Origin: an uncultured Candidatus Peribacteria bacterium | GTDB lineage: Bacteria > Patescibacteriota > Gracilibacteria > Absconditabacterales > Absconditicoccaceae | Assembly (NCBI GenBank): GCA_964463255.1 | Contig: CAYXBC010000024.1 | Coordinates: forward strand, 5,587 to 69,586 | Reading direction: 5' to 3' | DNA length: 64,000 nt | The notes under the pieces: model-generated | The model's database searches: none | The model's input: the letters and a program-made list of their open reading frames with translations, nothing else | Told to the model about the DNA's origin: nothing | Translations under genes and position numbers: made by a program | Shown here: positions 50,432 to 60,166 of the stretch, piece after piece | Layout of the letters: each line of letters opens with the position of its first letter | Position numbering within the stretch: position 1 is the stretch's first letter

Positions 50432-53218
50432 ATGGAAAACCAATTGAACACATCATCTCCATCAGTAGATAACAAACAAGAAAAAGCTATCCAGCTTACA
50501 AGTTTGATAGGAGATTTTCTGATTGATCCCTTGCATGCAGATATATATACCAAACTCAAAGCAAAATGATCCAAGGAAGATGTCCAGTTTCTCAAACAGC
50601 TTAGAAAATGAAAGGAAGGTATCAACTCTCGTACATCCCAAAAACTCTGAGAGACTTTGAGTAATCCTTCTCCAATAATAACCCCAGACAGTCTAGAGTT
50701 ATTGATCAGTCAGGATATTTCGGATACAGAGATAGATGCTATTAGGAAGTTATATGCTGATCCTGAAGTCAGGGAGATTTATTTTGATGAATATGAATCC
50801 AGAAAAGATGATTTGGATCTACTGAGAAGATGATATAAACAACTAGGTAAAGTCCAGAAAATAGATGATATTATCTCCAAAGCAAAAGATAAAATACTGG
50901 GAATAAGGATAGCGGCGTTTGCTGCGAACAGACAATTATCTCCAAACGAAATAATCCATATCACCAAACTCCATGAAGCAATATCACAACAAGAATCTGA
51001 AAAGAAAAACATGCTGAAAATCAGAGAGATTGCTACAGCATACAGACATCAGCAACTCAAAACATATAAACATCAGATGGATACAGAATGATTTGTCATC
51101 ACTCCATCTAGAGTTAAAATTATTGATGAAATCATAGAAAAGATATTACTTGGTCAAAATGTGTTGCTTACTGGACCGACAGGTACAGGTAAAACAGTAT
51201 TGGCAATCCAGGCAGTCAAAACCATAGCAGCCAGACTACATATCTGACTGGAAGCAGTACAGGGTAAAGCATTAGCTCATGAGCTACAAAACAACCCTGA
51301 TGCTGAAAAACTTTTGGATGAATTTGTAGTAGTGCTTTCGGGTCATGCAGGTATTACTCCTTCGGAATTTATCGCCAAGATGTGACTGAAATGAGATGAC
51401 AAATGAGGTACACAAACATACACTCAGCTAGGTAAGGTACTTAAAGCATTTGTGGATGGAAACATTCCTATTATTGATGAAATAGATTTGATACCAAATG
51501 ATGTACTCATGAGGATCAAACATCTGTTTACGTTGAAATCAGGCAAGACGTATTCACCACAAGAAGACGGCAACCAAAAACATAAGCTATTGACCACTAC
51601 GGTCATAGCTACAGCCAATATCAAATCAGCCAAACATCCAGATAGACAGGAGATAGATCCTGCTATAGTCAGACTTTTGCCTGGTGTTGAAGTAAAATAT
51701 CTGCCTAGTGAAGAAACGTATGATTTGGGATTGATCAATATCATGGAACCTAAATGATTTGTATATTGAGTAGGAGTAGAGAGCTTATCACATACTGATG
51801 GTATATTATATCATCTTATCGAAGCACTCAAACAGATAGAAGATAATTATCTTGGTAAATGAACATGACTTACAATATCCAATAAGTCCAATATGTTTCT
51901 GCAAAAAGCGGTATTGGAACTATGAAGTTTTGTAGCGTTATTCAAATGATTCAAAGAATCAGGACAAGATTTTGCTGAATTTATTAAAGCCAAAATAATA
52001 AAATTTGTGAGCAATGGTGCGTATCCCAAAAATGACAGAATGCTGCTTATCAATATTTTTTCTGGCAAAGGTTTGGTTACACAAAATGATGTAGATTCAT
52101 TATTGGAAAGGATGTCTGATATTTCAAAAGAAGAACTTGAACAAAATATACTATGAGGAACTAGTTTCACATTTCCGCAGGACACTATACGTTTTGTTGA
52201 CCCTTATCAGCTTGCAAATTTTGATCCTTACAAAAAAAGAAATCTAGAAACTTTGGAATTGGAAGATAAAAATATGAAGATAAAATCAACATTGAAACAA
52301 ATAAGTGCACATCTACTTACATTGCCAAACGAGGATACAGAAGATTTGCAGGAAAATTTGGATAATATATTGGATGAATATGTTAAGAACCCCGATTATG
52401 AAATAAACCATGAAACAATAGACCAGATATTTGGCTGATTGTATGAATTATGATTAGTGACCCAATTATTGGAATGTAGTCGTTTGGGAGACTATTGGTC
52501 ATCTAGGATAGAAATGATAAAACTTTTTGACAGTAAAGATAAAAATGGTAAGGGTCTATTTGAAAATACTGAGATTCCATCAAAGGAATCTATTTCGCTT
52601 GCAAAGGAAGTAAAAGAAAATATTTCTTCATCTCTACCATCAATGGTAGCTAAACAAGAAAAGGATGCAACCAAATATTTTACTGACAATAGCGAAACAA
52701 ATCATTTAGAAATTATCACGGGAATACAAAAATTAAGGGATAAAAAAATGATCACCTACAAGGATACAGGAAACGGAACCTACGAAGTCCATTTTAATCT
52801 CCCATGAAGCAAACTAAAACGATATATGCCCTCAGATACAAGCATAGCCGATAGCTCCTCTAAGTATACACTTTGGGATGATACTGAACTAAAACCCCAA
52901 GAAACAACAAGAAACAAGCTTCGAAGTGATGAATGAAAAAAATATCTGAAAGATAAAGAACAGAAAGAGAATAAGAATTTATTAAACAAAAGCGATTTCC
53001 TAAAGCTATGAAAGGCTCTTTATCCTAATGGAACCGAAGAAGAACAGATATTAGCAATAATGATAGCGACAGGCTTTTATGGATGGATGTGGTTATCAGA
53101 TAAAGACTCAGATTATCAGCTTGCTGTCTTCTGTTCTCGTAAATCATTTAACCGTTTATTCCTCAAGGTGAATGATGATCTCAACCATTGCAGTATCATT
53201 TACACAAGCACTTTATAG
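50432..53218 (+). CDS. DGR target protein 2: AAA+ ATPase (MoxR/AAA_5-like) fused to the variable C-terminal module (928 aa)
   Basis: ATG 50432. A single frame was traced through TGAs to TAG 53216. Walker A LLTGPTGTGKT, Walker B IPIIDEIDL. The C-terminal 260 aa are colinear with targets 1 and 3. Confidence 0.75.
53117..53211 (+). repeat. DGR variable repeat VR2
   Basis: 15 of 16 substitutions relative to the TR fall at TR adenines. Confidence 0.85.
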
Positions 53219-53292
53219 AGATAGACCCCGCGTAGCGGGGTAAACTCTTTGATACTTTGTCACTTTGACTCTTTAATTCTTGGAATATATAT

Positions 53293-54087
53293 ATGACAAA
53301 AAAGATTACATCAATTCATGACTTTCTAGAGCAAACCAAGGATATGACACCTGCACAGGCGGGAAAAGAATTTTATTGATTGACGGAGAAAGAGATAAAA
53401 GAGATTCTATCACAGAAGACCGAGAAGAAAAATGAAGATGCCAATCCCAAAGACCTTGGTCCTGTAAAGGGAAAGGAATCAAATGAGAAAATAACATCAG
53501 TGCTCCCATGAGCAGTAAAAAAACAGGAAAAAGACGCTACTGATTATTTTACCAAAAGTAATGAAACTAATCATCTGCAAGTTATCTCAGAAGTACAGAA
53601 ATTAAGGGATAAGAAAATGATCACCTATAAGGATACAGGGAATGGAACCTATGAAGTACATTTCAATCTTCCATGAAGCAAAATGAAACGATATATGCCA
53701 CCTGACACGAGTATAGCAGATAGTAGCTATAAATACGATTTTTGGGATGATACAAAAATAACTAATCAGGAAACGAAAAAAAGTAAACTCCGAAGTGATG
53801 AATGAAAAAAACATCTAGAAGAAAAAGAGAAAAAAGAACATAAAAAGTTACTAACCAAAGAAGAAATACTAATATTATGAAAAGAATTATGCCCGACAGG
53901 AACTGAAGAGGAACAGATATTAGCAATAATGATAGCAACAGGCTTTTATGGATATATGTGGTTATCGGATAAGATATCAGAATATCAGCTTGCTGTCATT
54001 TGTTATCGTGAGTCAGATGACCGTTCATTCTTCAAGATGACTATTGATGACTCCCATTGCAGTATCATTTACACAAGCACTTTATAG
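53293..54087 (+). CDS. DGR target protein 3 (264 aa)
   Basis: ATG 53293, TAG 54085. The N-terminus MTKKITSIHDFLEQTKDMTPAQAGKEFY-G-LTEKEI is nearly identical to target 1. Confidence 0.8.
53986..54080 (+). repeat. DGR variable repeat VR3
   Basis: 16 of 16 substitutions relative to the TR fall at TR adenines. Confidence 0.85.
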
Positions 54088-54156
54088 AGATAGACCCCGC
54101 GTAGCGGGGTAAACTCTTTGATACTTTGACCCTTTGTCTCTTTGCCTCTTTTATAT

Positions 54157-54498
54157 CTACGATACCTTATTCCATCCAGCAAGCTGTTTGGATATTTCTT
54201 CAATCAATGGTTGTAAATCTACATAGTCTAAATAAGCAAATCCTCATAAATCTTTGCAGAGTCTGACCAAGAGTCTGATCAGTTCAATCTGTTCTCTCGC
54301 ATTATTGAGATATTCTTTTCTTTGTTCACGAAAACTATTTGCCTTAAAAATTGTTATTACAAGTTCTACTAGACTCGTATGTAAGTGTTGACCTACATTG
54401 TATCTATAACTTTGCGGAAGTTTCTTACATAGACGGGTTGTAGTAACCAGGAGTGTATAACATGATTTGTAGATAGGTAGTTCATTATAGATTACCAT
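54157..54498 (-). CDS. avd: Avd-like accessory variability determinant (four-helix-bundle / 23S rRNA IVS protein family, 113 aa)
   Basis: MVIYNELPIYKSCYTLLVTTTRLCKKLPQSYRYNVGQHL... It extends through TGA 54244 to TAG 54157-54159. The ATG overlaps the RT stop as ATGGTAA. Confidence 0.7.
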
Positions 54499-55721
54499 CA
54501 GAGTAGTTTGTAAAAAATATAAAGTGATTGTTTGTATTTCTTTTTGACTTTTCTTAATTTGATACTAATCTTGTCCCAAGGAGATTTAGCTTTGAAATAA
54601 TTTCATCGTTTGACTGGCATTCACGATACCATACCTTGCCTCAGGCGGTAAGTAGACCAGTGTTTCATCATACCCAGATAACTATTACAGGTACTGCGAA
54701 ATTTCTCCCATTGTGTATAAGAGTTTGGTGGATGTGATTTCCGTTCATTCATTTTTTTCTTCCAACGTCAGATAGTTCTGGTACGTGGTAGTATATGATA
54801 TGGTTTGATTCTCACTCAGCAGAAAGTAACTCCATGTCTGATTGGCTGAAAATATCTTTTGTTCGGATGTAACTTCAATTGCAATCTTTCATCTAGAAAT
54901 CTTTCTATCTGTTTGATACAGTTTTGGAGATAAGATTTATCAGTATGCATCAGCACAAAATCGTCCATATATCTTCCATAGTATTTGATACCTAGATGAT
55001 GTACTATAAATTTATCCAGCTCGTACATATAGATATTTGCAAAAATCTGACTGGTAAGATTTCATAATGGCAATCCTGTCCCAATCTTGCTTGCAAATAA
55101 TGATTTATGTTTAGGAAAGCTATCCCGTTGCCTGATGTTACCTATGCGATGATAATGCATGGTAGGCTCATCCATAATTATCGTAGAAATAATTTTCCAA
55201 AATCGTTGGATAGAATATGGTAAATGTGATTTATTAGTCTCTAGGATATTTCTGACGAGACCAGATAAAATGGTTTTGTTTATAGACATAAAATAACTGG
55301 AAATATCATATTTAGCCACCCATGCTTCATTAGTGTAATTATCGCTCACGGACCTCAACATTCTCTTAACTTGCTGTATGGCATGATGAGTTCATTTGCC
55401 TGGTCTGCATGCATAACTATTATCCAAAAAAATATGTTCAAGGATTGGATTAAGATGTCTATACATTAGATGATGTACGATACGATCACGGATATGAGGA
55501 GCAAAAATTTCTCTAGGCACAGGATCGAATATTAGGAAACAAGTATATTCTGATGTCTGATACTTGCCAGAGATAAGTTCATCATATAATTTAAGTATTT
55601 CTACTTCCTTGTTGATATCAAAAGCGATCAAGGTATGCTTATTTGATTTTCACTTTTTCATTGTCTCATAGGCTTGGAATATATCATGAAGTAATTTCTG
55701 CTTCTCATCTCAGTTTAGCAT
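54492..55721 (-). CDS. DGR reverse transcriptase (409 aa)
   Basis: Three ORF pieces plus tails are in one frame across TGA. Contains RPGK-G-THHA, the DGR-type motif LPL-G-NLTSQIFANIYM ([LIV]GxxxSQ) and the catalytic YMDD. TAA at 54492. Confidence 0.9.
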
Positions 55722-55784
55722 AATTTATTTTTATACAAAATAAAAAAGTATATCCCATGATGTAGAATATACTTTAGTAGTCTA

Positions 55785-55884
55785 TGCAAAGTGTTGTGTA
55801 AATGATACTGCATTTGTTGTTATCATTATTCATCTTGTTGAATTTACGGTTATCTGATTTACGATAACATTTGACAGCAAGCTG
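55785..55884 (-). repeat. DGR template repeat (TR)
   Basis: The minus strand reads cagcttgctgtc AAA tgt tat cgt AAA tca gat AAC cgt AAA ttc AAC aag atg AAT AAT gat AAC AAC AAA tgc agt atc att tac aca... It is non-coding, lies just 5' of the RT gene, and is adenine-rich exactly where the VRs vary. Confidence 0.85.
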
Positions 55885-56254
55885 CAGCACAATTGTCACT
55901 ACTTTATTTGCCAGTTGCCTGATACTTTATGCCATTGATTCATATCAATGGGAGTGACTGCACTTTATAGGATAGACATATTGATTTTGCATACTTTGGC
56001 AGTGTCCAATTGACTACAGCCAAATTCCAGCCTAGACATACTAATCTTCTGGGTGTTATTTACAAACAAAAAATTTGTTTATAAATTTGTCTCAAAATTT
56101 GCTCTTCCTGCGAGATGAATCCGTTTCAGGATGAATCAGGCAAGGACGGGTAAATTTTGTCCAACAAAATTTGTTTATAAATTTAGTTCAAAATTTGCTA
56201 AAATAAGTGTTTTGCTTATAATTGTAGAGCAACATTATTACATAATTTCATCAC

Positions 56255-58390
56255 ATGAAAAACACACCTCAATCAAATTATGAATCATTTGATATAACCA
56301 AGTACACTCCTTGGATAAATTTGCTGTCCAAAAACAATAATATCCAGATAAATATAGATAACTCATTTTCCCATACTGCCGCTATCAATCTACAAGATTT
56401 ATCTAAACCACAGATTATTCTCAATCTTAGACTTATGAAAGAAAAATATAATTATTCTGATGATGAGATAATGTTTGATATAGGTCATGAGCTTGGTCAT
56501 TTGGATGAAGAAACGCAATTGCAAAGTACTCAAACATGAAAAGATATTGCCCAACAAAGAGTCCAGAGACTTGAAGAAAAATGAAATCTAGCAGAATCTT
56601 ATCATATCTTGGAAAATGTCCTAAGAGACGTTTGGGACAATAATGACCTTATCAGTCCTAGAAAATTACCCGTTCTCAAAAATACCTGTTATACCAATTA
56701 TAGGGATAAAATGTTCAAAGAGACAGACTATTGTCAGCTACCAAAACATATGCAGTTTAATAATACTATCATCAGAGAAGCCATGGTTCCTGATCAGCAA
56801 TGTACTATCGATCCTAATATTAGAAAGATTATTTCAAGATTAAAAAGAAGTGATGTTTTATCGAAAACTACTGTATGAACACTACAATCCAGACTTCAAA
56901 ATATACGGCAGTATGTAGAACCTGTTTATCAAAAACTTTTGCAGGATGACATAAAAAAGCAGGAGGATGAAAACAAGAATCAGGAGAAAGAAAAGAAGGA
57001 TAAAAAAGGTAATCAGAATAAATGAAAAGGGAATCCATCACAAAACAATAATCAAAGCGGTTGAAATCAAAATAATCCTGGTCAGAAATCTTGAGAGAGT
57101 CCAAATTCTCAAATAGCTCAAACTCCTAAATGAAAAAATAATAAATGAGCAATCAAACAACTTATGCAAATACTTTGATGAGAAAAAAATAAATGATGAG
57201 ATTCACAGCCACCTAAAAACAATCAAATCAATCCATCGGATGCTATTTCTAATGAAGGCAAAAATCCTTTTGATGGTCTCTATCAGAATATGCCCAAGAT
57301 ACCTCATCTCCTGGAACAGGAACTTTCGGATGAAGATAAGCAAAAACTTAGACAAGTTTTACAGGATATTTATGATGAAAAAAATAGAGAAAAGACCCGT
57401 GAAGAATTAGAATTGGAAAAGAGAGCAAAGAATATGTGAATCAATCCTAGCGACAAAGATGCATTTCAAGAGACAGTCCGTAAGCTAAAGGACTATGATA
57501 AATTCCTTGCTCAGTTGGAACAGATTATAGACAAACATACTGGTAACGCGGTTATGCAAGAGATAGAAAACATATTTCAGCAAATCAGGTCGCATAGAAC
57601 TAAACCACGCTACAAAGCCAAAGGACCAGTAGATATAGACCATGGCTATAGGTTACATCCTGGAGCTATCGCCTGAGGTATCGCAGAAGTGAAGTGAGGT
57701 AATTTCAATCCAGAGATGTTTGAAATGGATATTAAACATGAAAAGCCCGAACAATTGACAGGCAGGTTTGAATTAACACTTATAGCAGATGGAAGCTGAT
57801 CTATGACACAAAACGATAAAAATAGACAACAAAAGATAGCTGTACTGCTTATCTTAGAATCTCTCAAACGTTTGCATGATAAGCTATCGGAAGAAAAATA
57901 TAACCTCACAGAAGGAGTAGAGTTTACAACTCAGGCTATTATGTTCCTGGAGAAACTAAAATGAGTTTTGGATTGTAAAGATTTGTGACCAGATTTTTCT
58001 GATCAAGAAAGGTTGTATACCTATAGTTCTCTTGATCATGCTAACTGATGAACAAACGACTATGATGGTCTCCAAAAAGTAATTGATCATATGAAGTGAT
58101 ATTCTCATGAACATCTACAGGAAATACAATCATGAAAAGTAAAAAAAATTATTATAGTCATGTCAGACTGATGATCAGATGATGAGACAAAAATGAAAGA
58201 AAAAATCAAAACATTAAGAGATATGTGAGTGTTGGTATATGGAGTAGGTATCACTTCTTCTGGAAGTCCTATGGTAGACCTTTTTCAGTCTACAAATCAA
58301 TCTTTAGGATATGGGCAGGTATGTACACAAGTACAGGATTTAGCTCAGACACTCAAAGATATCCTTTGGATGCATTTGGAAAAATTATAG
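56255..58390 (+). CDS. HExxH zinc-metalloprotease-like N-terminus plus a Q/N/K-rich linker plus a C-terminal von Willebrand factor A domain (711 aa)
   Basis: HELGH at about 56500. MIDAS-like LIADGS-G-SM and VMSD-GG-SDD. The whole frame 56540-58388 was traced (TGA only). TAG at 58388. Confidence 0.75.
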
Positions 58391-58422
58391 AATATATATT
58401 CCTAATATAGTTCTTTTATCCT

Positions 58423-59733
58423 ATGAAAATGAGGCAAATAACTGCTTTATTTTTTCGCTGTTTTGGATATATTGTGAATGGTTTATTTTTATATTGGCAT
58501 ACAATGTGAATGAAATATCAAACCTATTATCCTTATCCATTACACGAACACTTTCAAAGTCCATTTTGGGATTTTTTTGAAGATAAAAAAAACATTAAAA
58601 CTATTGAGGAAATTACAGATTCACGAATAAAACCAAACCACCGTATATACTCTGAGAACCCAAAGACAATGTATATGGAAACAATCACTCAATCAAAAAT
58701 ATGACTTTGAACTTCTATAAAAGATGATTGAATATATGTAAGTCCTCTTTTTCTTATTTTAAGAAAAATATGAGACCTTTTCATATCAAGACTACCAAAT
58801 AATACTTTTAATTTTGATGATTATAGTGTGATTATATGACTTTTGAAATGAGGAATGATACACGAATACCATACTATAGGGAAAGAAGGGGAAGATTTAA
58901 TGGATATACTAGACAAAGAGGCTGAAGCCAAATATTGAAAAGTTTTAGAGGCACGAAATAAATTAGTTCCATTTTATACAGAAGAAATAGAACCAAGAGG
59001 AGAAAATTTAGAACTAATGAATCTACAAGCCAAGGCTTTTGAAGAAGTTAGAAAATACGTTTATCTAACAGACAAAAAATTAACTAAAAAAACGATTGAA
59101 GATATTGATAAATTATGTATACAACCAAATAATTTTTATAAGTTTTCTAAAGAGTGAATAGATTTTATTAAAGAATTTGATTTTGATGAAAATATCATAA
59201 AAGGATTTAGACAAATTCGTATAAAAAGACACTTCAAATTTAATATTGGTTTGTTGATTGCAGTCATTACTGCGGTTTATTTTGATATTGAACTCTTTTT
59301 GTATTATAACCCATACCTATATGAAATGTGAATTTGTGATAAAGACAATCTAAAATTTGAATATGACAATACTTATATAGTTATGAATTTTAACAATATT
59401 ATTAAAAGCGTGTTTTGTGAACATTGTTTGGAAAAGATGGTAGGAGAAACAAGAAAGAAGTTAAAAAACGGAAAGAATATAGAAAACAATCAAGAAATTA
59501 TAAAGAATATGTTTGATGGTGTTCTAAACCAACTTTCTAGTATTTGTCCCGATGATGTTTCATTGGTCATTGAGGGGAAAGTAAATGATACAAATAGAAT
59601 GCACGAAATAAACGAAAAGCTACCAAATGCTGATGTTGTTGGATATACAAGACATAGTGGGAACAATAAGAAAGTAAAATTTGTCATAAAAGATGATTTG
59701 AAAAACTGTAAGAAAAGAATAGAAAGAAAATAA
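58423..59733 (+). CDS. hypothetical protein (436 aa), one central TM
   Basis: Pieces 58510..58704 and 59383..59733 are in one frame, with the gap traced. The start could be 58423 or 58510. Confidence 0.55.
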
Positions 59734-59734
59734 G

Positions 59735-59756
59735 CTCTTCTTGGCGAAGAGATTTT
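59735..59756 (+). terminator. possible terminator hairpin
   Basis: ctcttc-ttggc-gaagag followed by atttt. Confidence 0.4.
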
Positions 59757-59817
59757 AATGGGTGTTTTTCACAAAGTCCTTTTATAGAAAAAGGAAGAGA
59801 AACGAACCCAAAAGCCA

Positions 59818-59985
59818 ATGAAAATTGAAGAACTAAGAAAAGTTCTAGGCTCAAAATATGATGCTTTGCCAGATTCAACTCTGCAAGGTATCATAGACCT
59901 CTTCAGAATGTATGCGAAACTTGCAATAAGTAAGCATATAGCTGAAAAGAAAAAAGCCAGAGCTGACAAAATCCGCAACAAATAG
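59818..59985 (+). CDS. hypothetical 55-aa basic protein upstream of the recombinase (candidate directionality factor or regulator)
   Basis: ATG 59818, TAG 59983, followed by a strong hairpin. Confidence 0.45.
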   Translation: MKIEELRKVLGSKYDALPDSTLQGIIDLFRMYAKLAISKHIAEKKKARADKIRNK

Positions 59986-59993
59986 CGGTAGAG

Positions 59994-60020
59994 CCGTAGC
60001 CCACAAAGCTACGGTTTTCT
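59994..60020 (+). terminator. rho-independent terminator
   Basis: ccgtagc-ccacaaa-gctacgg followed by tttt. Confidence 0.6.
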
Positions 60021-60166
60021 TGTTGTGAAAAAATCTCTTGCTTTTGTGAACTGTTTATTTATTATATATACCGAACCAGTAAGAAAACATATAAAAAGTA
60101 GTTATAATAAGTAATATAAACGCTATAATATAAGTTCGGTATAAATAACATTTTATTTACTAATAA

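Noticed and set aside
49563-54087. The three repeated 0.8-kb modules as IS copies, tandem assembly duplication or a CRISPR-like array.
   Set aside because: They are intact paralogous ORFs with diverged N-terminal and middle parts. Their differences at the 3' ends are confined to TR-adenine positions, which is the DGR target signature and not an assembly artefact.
54492-55721. The reverse transcriptase as a group II intron maturase or a retron RT.
   Set aside because: There is no maturase/X or endonuclease domain and no flanking intron RNA domains or msr/msd-like inverted repeats. Instead there is an Avd-like partner, the [LIV]GxxxSQ motif and a TR/VR system with adenine-specific mismatches.
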